A stretch of DNA of 64,000 nt from a bacterium (GTDB taxonomy: Bacteria; Zhuqueibacterota; Zhuqueibacteria; Oceanimicrobiales; Oceanimicrobiaceae): positions 213,638-277,637 of the forward strand of contig JBBIIG010000001.1 of NCBI GenBank assembly GCA_037446635.1, given 5' to 3'. The translations under genes were made by a program, and so were the position numbers. The first letter of the stretch is position 1; each line of letters starts with the position of its first letter. The notes beneath the pieces are model-generated. The model was not told the DNA's origin. It saw nothing but the letters and a program-made list of their open reading frames with translations, and searched no databases. Positions 1-11,818 of the stretch are shown piece by piece.

Positions 1-1
1 C

Positions 2-1042
2 TTCCCCCGCGCCGCCTGGCAATTCATTCAATTCGACCGCCCGCTTTATTACACCTTCGGAATCAATCCGGAGCTTGACGACAAAATGCGCGAGTCCTTT
101 GTTGAGCGCCGCGCCGGCGGCAACTGGCCCATCAACGATCCGTCGCCCATTCTGGCGCGGATGCGGCTTATCAAGAACGACGGCGATTGGACAATGGGGC
201 TGAAAAAAGCCATCGAGATTTCGGCGCTGGCGCACCTCGAGGCCATCAAATCCATCGAGCCCGGGATGAACGAGTGCGAAATTCAGGCGGTGTTTGAATA
301 CGTCTATCGTAAAAACGGCTCGCCCCGCAACGGCTACCCCTGCATCGTCGGCTCCGGACCCAACAGCACCATTTTGCATTACAACATCAACAATCGCCAG
401 ATGCGCGACGGCGAAGTGATTTTGATGGATTGCGCCGCGGAGTACGGCTACTATTCCGCCGACATCACCCGCACCGTGCCGGTGAACGGCAAATTCAGCA
501 ATGAGCAGCGGGAGATTTATGAAATCGTTTTGGCAGCGCAGGAGGCCGGCATCAAAATGGTGAAGCCGGGCATCAAGAAAAGTGAGATCGACGACGCCAT
601 CAGCGAAATTCTCGGCAGCGGGCTGGTGAAGTTAGGGTTCATCAAAGATAAAAAAGATCACCGCCTGTTCACGCTGCATGGCTACGCCCACTGGATTGGA
701 CTGGAGGTGCACGACGTCGGTAGTTACACCGAAAACGGCAAATCGGTGACGCTGCAGCCCGGCATGGTGTTCACCATCGAGCCGGGGATTTACGTGCGCC
801 CGGACGTGTTCGACAAAATGAAAGAGCGCGGCTACGGCGAAGAAGAGATTGCGAACATTCGCCCGAAGGTTGAAAAGTACATGCACATCGGCGTGCGCAT
901 TGAGGATGATATTGTGGTTACAGAAAGCGGTTACGAAAACCTCAGCGCCGCGGTGCCGCGGGAGATCGACGCCATCGAAAAACTGATGCGGGAAAAGGGC
1001 ATCGGCAACGAGGCGCTCACGAATTCAGTCACCCAAAAATAG
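2..1042 (+). CDS. Xaa-Pro aminopeptidase (M24B), 5'-truncated by window edge
   Basis: Frame is open from position 2. Metal-ligand motifs: LMDCAAEYGYYSADITRT, HWIGLEVHDVG, TIEPGIY, GVRIEDD. Confidence 0.92.
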   Translation, partial: FPRAAWQFIQFDRPLYYTFGINPELDDKMRESFVERRAGGNWPINDPSPILARMRLIKNDGDWTMGLKKAIEISALAHLEAIKSIEPGMNECEIQAVFEYVYRKNGSPRNGYPCIVGSGPNSTILHYNINNRQMRDGEVILMDCAAEYGYYSADITRTVPVNGKFSNEQREIYEIVLAAQEAGIKMVKPGIKKSEIDDAISEILGSGLVKLGFIKDKKDHRLFTLHGYAHWIGLEVHDVGSYTENGKSVTLQPGMVFTIEPGIYVRPDVFDKMKERGYGEEEIANIRPKVEKYMHIGVRIEDDIVVTESGYENLSAAVPREIDAIEKLMREKGIGNEALTNSVTQK

Positions 1043-1048
1043 GCGGGG

Positions 1049-1444
1049 TCAGGGCCAGACATCCGGCGTGGCCAGCTCCAGCGAGTTGCCGCTGGGATCG
1101 CGAAAATAGATCGATCGGCCGCCCTCAGGCCACTGGTGTTCAATTTCAATGGGAATGTTCAACTCGGCCAGCCGCATTCGCCAAAAATCCAAATCCTTGT
1201 GCGCGATGGTAAAGGCGGCGTGCCCCTCGCCGACCGCGCCGTGGGTGGCCGCCGCGGAACCGGGCTGGCGGGTTTCTTCCGGGTTAAAAAGCAGCAGCAT
1301 GCTTTCCCCCACGCGAAAAAAGACGTGGCGGTTGCCGCTTTTAGAATAAGTCGCCAACTCAAAGAGGGTTCGATAAAATCGCTCGGACTCATCGATGTCG
1401 GTGACGTAGAGCGCGGTTTCAAGAATTTGGTTGATCAGCGCCAT
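1049..1444 (-). CDS. VOC/glyoxalase family protein
   Basis: ILETALYV at the N-terminus, GHAAF, and SIYFRDPSGNSLEL at the C-terminus. Confidence 0.88.
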   Translation of the reverse strand: MALINQILETALYVTDIDESERFYRTLFELATYSKSGNRHVFFRVGESMLLLFNPEETRQPGSAAATHGAVGEGHAAFTIAHKDLDFWRMRLAELNIPIEIEHQWPEGGRSIYFRDPSGNSLELATPDVWP

Positions 1445-1800
1445 ATTTTTTCAGAATACATGCGGGCACGACTTGCAAAATACTCATATTTTGTGGTGGC
1501 ATGTGATAAAAGTAAAGAAATCAAGTCATTTTCTTTCAGCCAATCCGGAACGTTGACTGTTTTCTTATGTAACATGGGTTTCACCGCTACTTAAATTTAA
1601 GCAAAAAATAATTCAATGAGCGCTAAATAGCAAGTGTCAAATAAAGTTTAAAAGATGACAAAAAATTGCTCGCGAAAATTTCCCCACCCTTCCCTTGCTT
1701 TTTAAATCTCCCTGCCTTATATTCAGCACGGCAAAATTAAACCGCCTGCCTCATGATTCGTCTCAAAGCCATACTGATTAAAAACTCTGGAGCTTGACCT

Positions 1801-2478
1801 ATGCTGCCACTTGCCAAAGCGCTGTGGTCTTCGGTAGGCAAGAAATTTATCATGGCCCTCACGGGTTTAGCCATGGTGATTTTCCTCGTCGAACACCTCA
1901 GCGGCAACCTACTTTTGTTCAGTCCAAATCCCAATCCCTACAACAAATATTCGCATTTTCTACTGAGCTTTGGCTGGCTGCTCTATGTTGCTGAGTTTAT
2001 TCTGATCGCGATTCTGCTTTTTCACATGGTTTCCGCTATCAGCATCACGCTCGGCAAAAAGAAAGCGCGGCCCATCGATTACGCCAAAACTGCCAACGCC
2101 GGCGGCCCCAGCAAAAAGTCCATCGCTTCCACAACCATGATTTACACCGGCATCGCGCTGTTTATCTTTCTAGTGATTCATTTGAAGACGTTCAAGTTTG
2201 GCCCGGTTTACCTCACCGATGTCGATGGCCAGGAGATGCGCGACTTGCATGCATTAGTCTGGGAGGTCTTCCGCAAACCTGGCTACGTCATCTGGTACGT
2301 CGCCGCGATGATCTTCCTCGGCTCGCATTTATGGCACGGCTTCTGGAGCGCGTTCCAATCGCTGGGCATCAGCCATCCGCGCTACACGCCGATCATTTAC
2401 GGCGCCGGCATTTTCGTGGCTGTGGTTTTGGCGGTGGGATTTCTCGGCATTCCACTCTGGATATTTTTTATGGGCTGA
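1801..2478 (+). CDS. sdhC: Succinate dehydrogenase cytochrome b subunit (b558 type)
   Basis: SSVGKKFIMALTG, HLSGNL, HLWHGFWSAFQSLG; about 5 TM helices; lies upstream of sdhA. Confidence 0.93.
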   Translation: MLPLAKALWSSVGKKFIMALTGLAMVIFLVEHLSGNLLLFSPNPNPYNKYSHFLLSFGWLLYVAEFILIAILLFHMVSAISITLGKKKARPIDYAKTANAGGPSKKSIASTTMIYTGIALFIFLVIHLKTFKFGPVYLTDVDGQEMRDLHALVWEVFRKPGYVIWYVAAMIFLGSHLWHGFWSAFQSLGISHPRYTPIIYGAGIFVAVVLAVGFLGIPLWIFFMG

Positions 2479-2519
2479 ACTATTCCTAAACTGTTAAGAA
2501 ACGACAAGGGCACTCGTGA

Positions 2520-2677
2520 CTAAGGCTCATCAAATACAGTGGATGGATGGATCACTGGATTAATGCCGACCTGTCATTGATCCATTAATCCAAAGCTCCA
2601 TTACTCCACGTTCTAATCAACCGAGATTTTATTAACATAGAACTTGGCAGTTTTAAAAGCTGTGTTATTAATTCAGG
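2520..2677. repeat. Dispersed ~150-bp intergenic element, copy 1
   Basis: Aligns with 55212-55359; 34-nt core CATTGATCCATTAATCCAA(A/C)GCTCCATTACTCCA has one mismatch. Confidence 0.75.
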
Positions 2678-2692
2678 ATAGGAGCATGATAG

Positions 2693-4606
<1,914 letters not shown>

Positions 4607-4627
4607 GTATTGCTGTGAGGAATTTCA

Positions 4628-4966
4628 ATGAAGAATCTAACGCGAATAACCTTTCATCCAAACGTCATGGGTGGCAAACCTTGCATTCGCGGAATGCGAG
4701 TGACCGTCGGTACGATTGTGGGACTTGTTGCTGGCTTTTTTAAGAAACAAAGAATGGAAGCACAGCACTGGTCGATGATAGGTGATCCGAGAGCATCCGA
4801 TAGCACAATAATGGAGTGGGCACGAGCAAATGGTTATGTTCTATTTACCCATGATCTGGACTTTGGGACATTATTAGCAACGACAAAAGCACAAACAGGC
4901 TCTCGAAAAAGAGCGTTGATAACCATAGACGAATCTAAATCTCGAGTACGCGTATTGCCGTTTTAG
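4628..4966 (+). pseudogene. In-frame fusion of DUF433 antitoxin N-terminus and internally deleted DUF5615 PIN toxin
   Basis: RITFHPNVMGGKPCIRGMRVTV (DUF433) joined to HWSMIGDPRASDSTIMEWARANGYVLFTHDLDFG...RVRVLPF (DUF5615); lower GC than sdh. Confidence 0.75.
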
Positions 4967-5000
4967 TAATCACGTAAAACATTGGAGAGTTAAGAAAACA

Positions 5001-5750
5001 ATGCAAAACATGACCCTCAACCTCAAAATCTGGCGGCAAAAAAATTCACACAGCAAAGGCCAGTTCGTCACTTACAAACTCGAGAACGTATCTCAGCACA
5101 TGTCCTTTCTGGAAATGTTGGACGTCCTCAACGAGAAGCTCATCAAAGAAGGACAGGATCCGGTGGAATTCGACAACGACTGCCGCGAGGGCATCTGCGG
5201 CATGTGCAGCATGGTGATCAACGGCGTGGCGCACGGCCCGTGGAAAGCCACCGCCACCTGCCAGCTTCACATGCGGCAGTACAAGGACGGCGACACCATC
5301 GTCATCGAGCCGTGGCGGGCGCGCGGCTTTCCAGTTATCAAAGATTTGGTGGTGGACCGCAGCGCGTTCGATCGCATCATCGCCGCAGGCGGCTACATTT
5401 CCATGAACGTCGGTGGCGCGCCGGACGCCAACGCCCTCCCCATTCCCAAAGACATCGCCGAGGAAGCGATGGACGCGGCAGCCTGCATTGGCTGCGGCGC
5501 GTGCGTGGCGGCGTGTCCCAACGCTTCGGCGTCGCTATTTGTGGCCGCCAAAATCTCGCAGCTTGCGCTGCTGCCGCAGGGGCAACCCGAACGCAAACGC
5601 CGTGTGCTGCGCATGGTGGAACAAATGGACAAAGAGGGCTTCGGCGATTGCTCCAATCATGGGGAATGCGAAGCCGTTTGCCCGAAGGAAATTTCCATTT
5701 CCCACATCGCGCGCATGAGGCGGGAGTATTGGCGGGCGATGTTCAGTTGA
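5001..5750 (+). CDS. sdhB: Succinate dehydrogenase iron-sulfur subunit
   Basis: [33 protein letters not shown]. Confidence 0.97.
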   Translation: MQNMTLNLKIWRQKNSHSKGQFVTYKLENVSQHMSFLEMLDVLNEKLIKEGQDPVEFDNDCREGICGMCSMVINGVAHGPWKATATCQLHMRQYKDGDTIVIEPWRARGFPVIKDLVVDRSAFDRIIAAGGYISMNVGGAPDANALPIPKDIAEEAMDAAACIGCGACVAACPNASASLFVAAKISQLALLPQGQPERKRRVLRMVEQMDKEGFGDCSNHGECEAVCPKEISISHIARMRREYWRAMFS

Positions 5751-5759
5751 CATCGGACG

Positions 5760-5786
5760 TTTACTAAACTTTGGAAGTTTAGTAAA
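5760..5786. repeat. Palindrome TTTACTAAACTT-tgg-AAGTTTAGTAAA
   Basis: 12-bp perfect arms; related copy at 22955-22987. Confidence 0.8.
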
Positions 5787-5808
5787 ACATGATGCTTCAC
5801 GCGGATTC

Positions 5809-5843
5809 AAAAACCACACGGAAAAGCCGGTGTGGTTTTTTTT
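5809..5843 (+). terminator. Rho-independent terminator of sdh operon
   Basis: AAAAACCACAC...GTGTGGTTTTT hairpin followed by a T-run. Confidence 0.75.
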
Positions 5844-5863
5844 GTTCATGTATGCTTTTCCGA

Positions 5864-5922
5864 AAAATATTTGGTTGACAACCAAATATTTTCTCAATAT
5901 TTTCGACTGAAAACCAAATATT
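5864..5922 (+). promoter_or_regulatory. Sigma-70 promoter with overlapping palindromic operator
   Basis: TTGACA(5875)-17-TATTTT(5898). The -35 sits in a 14-bp-arm palindrome (5864-5892); an extra AACCAAATATT is at 5912. Confidence 0.65.
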
Positions 5923-5931
5923 GTGCGGCAC

Positions 5932-7194
5932 ATGAAAGAAATACTCCACTTGCTGAATCCCCATTGGAGAGGCGCGGAACTCAAACTGGGAGTCACGCGG
6001 CTGGACTATTTGCAGGCGCTACTTTCTAACCTTGAACGACAGGAAGTGAGCATACTCGTCGGCTCACGCCGCGTTGGCAAAACCACTCTCATGTTTCAAG
6101 CCATTCACCATTTGATCGCCCACAAAGGGATTACGCCAAATCAAATCCTCTACGTCTCCCTCGATCATCTGGCGCTGGCAGATTTTACTATACCAAAAAT
6201 AATCGAAGGCTTTCGAGCTGAGTTTCGGCATCCCCGTGACCGACCTTTGTATCTGTTTTTCGATGAAATTCAAAACGTCTCCGAATGGTCACAGCACTTG
6301 AAAAATCTGGTTGATTTCGAAAAGGTGAGAATATGTGTCGCTGGCTCCTCGTCCTTGCTGCTGAAACAACAGGAAAGCTATTTGACCGGGCGCACGCTGC
6401 GTATGATGATTTTCCCACTGAGCTACCGTGAGTTTTTGACGTTCAAAAACGTGATGCCCGGTCCGACGGAATTGTATCGTCATGATGGACTGTTGATCGA
6501 CTATCTTTATCAAGGGGGGTATCCGGAACAAATTCTTTCTCCCCATCCCACTTACCTCGTGGACTTGCTCGATAATGTGATCAATAAAGACATAGTCCGT
6601 GTCTATAGCATCAAAAGTCCGGAAGTTTTAAACAAGCTTTTGCTGCTGCTTGCCCAACGCCTTGGCCAGCGCACCAGCCATAGCAAGCTGAAAAATATTC
6701 TACGCGTATCACACGATATGGTACGCGATTACATCGGGCATTTGAAGGACGCATATCTCATCTACGAGGTACCGAAATTTTCCTATTCGGTAAACGAGCA
6801 AGTTTATGCCGAGAAAAAATATTACTTCGCCGATACCGGACTGCGCACGGCTCTGCTTGGACAGCGAGACCTCGGCGGGCTAGCGGAAAACGCGCTTTTC
6901 CTTTATTTACAAAAACGATTTGGCCAGGTCTTCTACGGCCGCGCCAATAGCTACGAAGCCGATTTCGTTGTTCTGGAGCACGGACAGCCGCGCATTTATG
7001 AATCAAAATTCAGCGAGCAAATCAATGACGACGAGCTGAAACCACTGCTGAAATTCTTGAACAAGTTCAAACCAGAAGCCCATGCTGCCGAAGCAACCGT
7101 GGCCACTCGCTCTATTCGTGAATCTCGTGTCAGCGCAGAGAAGCCGATACAGTTCATCCCGCTTTGGATGCTTTTCATGCAAGGCAACTATTGA
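5932..7194 (+). CDS. AAA+ superfamily ATPase (AAA_14/DUF4143 type)
   Basis: GSRRVGKTT, FFDEIQ, AGSS, GGYPE, KYYFADTG, C-terminal EADFV...YESK nuclease-like motif. Confidence 0.9.
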   Translation: MKEILHLLNPHWRGAELKLGVTRLDYLQALLSNLERQEVSILVGSRRVGKTTLMFQAIHHLIAHKGITPNQILYVSLDHLALADFTIPKIIEGFRAEFRHPRDRPLYLFFDEIQNVSEWSQHLKNLVDFEKVRICVAGSSSLLLKQQESYLTGRTLRMMIFPLSYREFLTFKNVMPGPTELYRHDGLLIDYLYQGGYPEQILSPHPTYLVDLLDNVINKDIVRVYSIKSPEVLNKLLLLLAQRLGQRTSHSKLKNILRVSHDMVRDYIGHLKDAYLIYEVPKFSYSVNEQVYAEKKYYFADTGLRTALLGQRDLGGLAENALFLYLQKRFGQVFYGRANSYEADFVVLEHGQPRIYESKFSEQINDDELKPLLKFLNKFKPEAHAAEATVATRSIRESRVSAEKPIQFIPLWMLFMQGNY

Positions 7195-7387
7195 CGAGCG
7201 CAGTGGCCAAACCGACTGGCGTTTTTAACTCCGTCAAAAACCCGCGAAATTTTAGTTTCTAACTAAAAATCCTGTAAAGAAATCTCTACAACTGTTTTAT
7301 AGAATTGATAGAAACGATTTCGAATTAATACAAATCATTCGTCTTTAAATTGACGACATTCACACCCCAAACCGAAAGGAGCAAATC

Positions 7388-7735
7388 ATGGCAGCGCCAG
7401 TTGTTCATTTTGAAGTCATCGGAAAGGATGGCAAAAAATTGCAGAACTTCTACAGCAAACTATTCGACTGGAAAATCAACGCCGACAATCCCCTGAATTA
7501 CGGACTGGTGGAAGCAGGATCGGGCGGCATCGGCGGCGGCATTGGCGCCGCGCAGCCCGGACAACCCGCATCCGTAACGTTTTACGTGGGCGTGCCAGAC
7601 GTCAAAGCGGCATTGAAAAAGGCCGAAAGCCTGGGCGGAAAAACCGTGGTGCCCGAAACCGAGATTCCTAACATGGTCACGTTCGGAATGTTCGCGGATC
7701 CGGAAGGCAACCACGTGGGGGTGGTGCAGCAGTAA
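7388..7735 (+). CDS. VOC/glyoxalase family protein
   Basis: PVVHFEV, FYSKLFDW, GGIG, FADPEGN; AAGGAG RBS. Confidence 0.9.
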   Translation: MAAPVVHFEVIGKDGKKLQNFYSKLFDWKINADNPLNYGLVEAGSGGIGGGIGAAQPGQPASVTFYVGVPDVKAALKKAESLGGKTVVPETEIPNMVTFGMFADPEGNHVGVVQQ

Positions 7736-7884
7736 TTGCTGGTGGTTCCTCCCTCATTTTCGCTTTTTTAAAAATGGAGGAGGTTCGTACCATTACCTAC
7801 GGTTCACAATTTGTTTTTTAGAAATAAAAAACAAACTGCAAATGGAGAATTGTGAATTGTCAATTGTCAATTGTGAACTATGGA

Positions 7885-10377
7885 TTAAAGCAATGACACC
7901 GGATCCACATCCACCGAAAGCTGGATGCCGCGAGTTTGAAACTCGGCGCGAAATTTTTTCTCCGCGTCGCGTACCGCCTGCCGGATGACTTTGCCGGCGG
8001 GATCGCGGCGTTTGCTTTCTTTGATGAGAATGTGCCAGCGGTACTTGTTCTGAATTTTCACCAGCGGTGAGGGCGTCGGGCCGAGCACCTCAAATGGACC
8101 CTTTTGACTTTTTAAAACCTGAGCAAAATTCTCCGCCGACTCCATCACCTTCTTTTCATCCTTGCCTTTGAAAAGGATCGAAATGATTCGTCCGAACGGC
8201 GGATAAAGCAGCTCTCGGCGATCTTCAATTTCTTTGTTAAAAAATTTCACGAAGTCATGGGTTTTGGCGCAGACGAGACAGAAATGGAAGGGTGAATAGG
8301 TTTGGATGATCACCTCGCCGGGCAAATCCTTACGCCCGGCGCGGCCCGCAACCTGAGTCAAAAGTTGGAAGGCGCGCTCGCTGGCGCGGAAGTCGGGCAG
8401 AAACAAACCGATGTCGGCGTTGATTACTCCAACCAATGTCACTTTCTGGAAATCCAAGCCTTTGGCGATCATTTGGGTGCCGAGGAGGATATCGTATTTG
8501 CCGCGCTCGAAATCCTGCAAAATGCGATCGTGCGCCCACTTGCGGCCGGTGGTATCTAAATCCATGCGCACCGCCCGCGCTTCGGGAAAACGGAGCTTAA
8601 TTTCTTCTTCCACTTGCTGGGTGCCGAGCCCTCGAAACAGAATATCGACGCCGCCGCACTCGGGGCAAACTTCGGGTGCCTTTTTTGAGTAACCGCAGTA
8701 GTGGCAGCGCAAACGCCGACCGCGTAAATGATAGGTCAACGAAATCTGGCAATTTTTGCAATTCTCGATAAAACCGCACTCTTTGCATTTAATAAAATTA
8801 GAAAAACCGCGCCGGTTGAGTAGCAAAATAACCTGCTGGTGATGGGCGAGGCGTTTTTCAATTTCCTGCACCAGCAGCCGGGAAAACACCGGCATCTCTT
8901 TTTTGCCGGATAACCGCTGCTCCTTTTGCAGCTCGATGATTTCAACTTTCGGCATCGGCACATCATCCACGCGCCGGCGCAATTCCAGTAATTGATATTT
9001 GCCAATTTTTGCGTTGTAATACGATTCCGCCGAAGGAGTGGCCGAGCCGAGGATCACAACGGCGTTGTTCAACTTGGCGCGCATCACCGCCACATCGCGG
9101 CCGTGATAGCGTGGATTGGGTTCCGCCTGTTTGTAGGAATCCTCCTGCTCCTCATCCACGACAATTAACCCTAACTTTCGCACCGGCGCAAAAATCGCCG
9201 AACGCGGCCCAATCGCCACCCGCGCCTCGCCGCTTTTGAGTCTGCGCCAGGAATCATAACGTTCTTCCGGGGACATGGCGCTGTGCAGCACCGCCACTTT
9301 CTCTTTGAAATGAGAACGGAAGCGCTGCACGGTTTGCGGGGTCAACGAAATTTCCGGCACCAGCACAATGGCGTCTTTTCCCTTTTCCAAAATCGCATAA
9401 ATGGCTTCGATATAAACCTGCGTCTTGCCGCTGCCGGTGACGCCGTGCAGCAAAAAGGGGGTGAATTGGTTTTGTTCGATGGCGGCCGCGATGCGCGCGA
9501 AAGCGGCTTGTTGCTCTTCATTAAGAGTAATTTTGGGCGGCTCGAAAATTTCCGCGTGTTGATAATAATCCCGCGGCGCCTCTTTTTCATAAAATTCGAC
9601 CAGCGAGCGTTTTTGGAGAGATTTCAACGTGCTCAAGCCGATGCCGCTAATGAACAGCAAATCTTTCTGGCTAATTTCGGCCGCGGTTTCTTTCAAAAAC
9701 TGTAAGCAGCGAATCTGGCGCGCGGTTAATTTTCGTTTGCCGTCTATTTTTGAATTCCAATCGTCCGTGTCGCTAATTGCTGGGTTCAGCCGCACGCATT
9801 TCACCAGTCGGGCTTGAGTTTTGGATTTTGGCAGGAGGTGCTGGAGGTGGACAAATCCCTGCGCCTGTAGTTCATTAATGCTGGACATCAAGTTGCGCGC
9901 GCCGATTCGTTTCATCAGCTGGGTCACTGGCAGCCGGCCGCTCTTGGCCAGATAGCGCACAATTTGCGCCTGGCGCGGGGCGGCGTTTTTCAACATCCAA
10001 CCGAGGGACGAAACATGTTGCGCCGCCAATTCCACGTATTGTTTGGATCGTTGAAACAAAATGGCGGGGAGGGCGGCGCGCAGGGCGTCGCCCAGCGGGC
10101 TTAGATAGTAATCGGAAATCCAAAGGGCTAAGCGATAAAGTTCCTCCGAAAACAGCGGCTGGGAGTCCAACACGTCCTGGATGTCCCGCAATTCAGACTC
10201 TGGCAAATCTGTGCGCTCTTTGCGCTCGACGATAAAGCCGGTGAGCCGACGTTTGCCAAAGGGCGCCAGCACCCGACTGCCAATTTTGGCAAGAGGAGCC
10301 AGCTCCGGTGGCAAACGATAGGTGAAGGCGCGATCGATAGTTTGCGGAAAAACAACGTCGGCGAATGGGGCTTCCAT
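7885..10377 (-). CDS. priA: Primosomal protein N' (replication restart helicase)
   Basis: GVTGSGKT, DEEQ, SATPS, four CxxC Zn-finger pairs, QVAGRAGR. Confidence 0.96.
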   Translation of the reverse strand: MEAPFADVVFPQTIDRAFTYRLPPELAPLAKIGSRVLAPFGKRRLTGFIVERKERTDLPESELRDIQDVLDSQPLFSEELYRLALWISDYYLSPLGDALRAALPAILFQRSKQYVELAAQHVSSLGWMLKNAAPRQAQIVRYLAKSGRLPVTQLMKRIGARNLMSSINELQAQGFVHLQHLLPKSKTQARLVKCVRLNPAISDTDDWNSKIDGKRKLTARQIRCLQFLKETAAEISQKDLLFISGIGLSTLKSLQKRSLVEFYEKEAPRDYYQHAEIFEPPKITLNEEQQAAFARIAAAIEQNQFTPFLLHGVTGSGKTQVYIEAIYAILEKGKDAIVLVPEISLTPQTVQRFRSHFKEKVAVLHSAMSPEERYDSWRRLKSGEARVAIGPRSAIFAPVRKLGLIVVDEEQEDSYKQAEPNPRYHGRDVAVMRAKLNNAVVILGSATPSAESYYNAKIGKYQLLELRRRVDDVPMPKVEIIELQKEQRLSGKKEMPVFSRLLVQEIEKRLAHHQQVILLLNRRGFSNFIKCKECGFIENCKNCQISLTYHLRGRRLRCHYCGYSKKAPEVCPECGGVDILFRGLGTQQVEEEIKLRFPEARAVRMDLDTTGRKWAHDRILQDFERGKYDILLGTQMIAKGLDFQKVTLVGVINADIGLFLPDFRASERAFQLLTQVAGRAGRKDLPGEVIIQTYSPFHFCLVCAKTHDFVKFFNKEIEDRRELLYPPFGRIISILFKGKDEKKVMESAENFAQVLKSQKGPFEVLGPTPSPLVKIQNKYRWHILIKESKRRDPAGKVIRQAVRDAEKKFRAEFQTRGIQLSVDVDPVSLL

Positions 10378-10437
10378 GAAAATCAATATAAAAGATTAAT
10401 CGGACTGCCGCAATCGCGATTTTCGTTTTGGGGAAAT

Positions 10438-10471
10438 AAAAAACCCCGGAGTCTTTGAGGCTCCGGGGTTT
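10438..10471 (-). terminator. Rho-independent terminator after sigma factor gene
   Basis: AAAAAACCCCGGAG...CTCCGGGGTTT hairpin. Confidence 0.8.
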
Positions 10472-10492
10472 GCCGTTCCAAAGCGCGGGCTA

Positions 10493-11350
10493 CTAACCGA
10501 GATACTTTCGCAGCGGTTCCAGCCGCGAACGGTGCCGCATGCGGCGCAATGCCTTCTCTTTGATTTGGCGAACACGCTCACGGGTGAGTTGGAAATGCTC
10601 GCCAATTTCTTCCAGAGTCAGCGGGCGATCACCCTCGAGGCCGAAATAGAGCCGGATGATCTCCGCTTCGCGCGGCTTGAGAGTCACCAACACTTTGTCA
10701 ATTTCCTCTTTTAGCGACTCCTGCATCAACGAGTCGTCGGGAGGGGCGTACTTGTCGCTCTCCAGCACGTCGAGCAGGTTGTTGCCTTCATCTTCTTTGA
10801 ATGGCTCATCCAACGAGAGATGGCGCGCGGAGGTTTTCAAGACATCGGCTACTTCGTAATCGGTCATTTCCATGGTGTCCGCCACTTCCGACATGCTGGG
10901 CTCGCGGCCAAATTCTTTTTCCAACTTTTCCAGCACGCGGCCAACCTTATTGATGGCGCCGACGCGGTTCAACGGCAGCCGCACCACCCGCGACTGCTCG
11001 GCCAATGCCTGCAAGATCGACTGACGAATCCACCACACAGCATAAGAAATGAATTTAAAGCCGCGGGTTTCGTCAAACCGCTGAGCGGCTTTGATGAGAC
11101 CGAGGTTCCCCTCGCTGATCAAATCCTGCAGCGGCAGCCCCTGGCCCTGGTATTCCTTGGCCACGCTGATCACGAACCGCAAATTCGCTTTCACCAACTT
11201 ATCCAGCGCCTTGGATTCACCCTTACGGATGCGGCGCGTCAACTCGATTTCTTCAGCAGGAGGAAGCGGGGTAAAACCGCCAATCTCCTCAAGATATTTT
11301 TCAATGGATTGTTTTGGCCGGTTATCTACTTTTTTTTGCTTTTTTGCCAT
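10493..11350 (-). CDS. RNA polymerase sigma factor, RpoD/SigA family (short, no region 1.1)
   Basis: ANLRFVISVAKEY, DLISEGNLGL, FISYAVWWIRQ, TLEEIG...TRERVRQI. Confidence 0.95.
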   Translation of the reverse strand: MAKKQKKVDNRPKQSIEKYLEEIGGFTPLPPAEEIELTRRIRKGESKALDKLVKANLRFVISVAKEYQGQGLPLQDLISEGNLGLIKAAQRFDETRGFKFISYAVWWIRQSILQALAEQSRVVRLPLNRVGAINKVGRVLEKLEKEFGREPSMSEVADTMEMTDYEVADVLKTSARHLSLDEPFKEDEGNNLLDVLESDKYAPPDDSLMQESLKEEIDKVLVTLKPREAEIIRLYFGLEGDRPLTLEEIGEHFQLTRERVRQIKEKALRRMRHRSRLEPLRKYLG

Positions 11351-11640
11351 GACCAATTCGTTTACCCTTTCAATATATGATTTTATCTATAGTTAAATAT
11401 AGTCTCTTTCTTTAGGCTGTTTTCGACCACTTTATACCAGCACAGCCAATATTTTGTTTCCCATGAATTAAGATTAGCGGAGACAAACTGAGCGCTTAAA
11501 TTTTCGCTGAGGGTTAGTTTAAAATCCACTGTTGTAGCTGACGGGCCGCCTGACTTCCTTTTTAGAAGCCACGCCAGTATCGTTAGATAACGACTCCTGA
11601 CGCTCTCTCCTCCCTTCACCTCAAGTTTAAAACAGCCGTA

Positions 11641-11669
11641 AATATAATGTCCTAAATAGGCGTTGTCAA
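11641..11669 (-). promoter_or_regulatory. Sigma-70 promoter for sigma factor gene
   Basis: Minus strand TTGACA-17-TATATT. Confidence 0.6.
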
Positions 11670-11818
11670 GTTATATTTTCGTTTTGGCGGTTTCATTTTG
11701 GCTGTCTATATATAGCGCTTATGGAATCGAATTGCATAAAATATGCTAATTTTACTTATGTTACCATTTAGCGGCTAAAGAAAACAAGAAAGTAGCCGAT
11801 GAACAAGAGACCAATAAG

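Noticed and set aside
11722..11736. TGGAATCGAATTGCA as a sigma-54 promoter for the kinase
   Set aside because: GG-to-GC spacing is 9 nt rather than the required 10.
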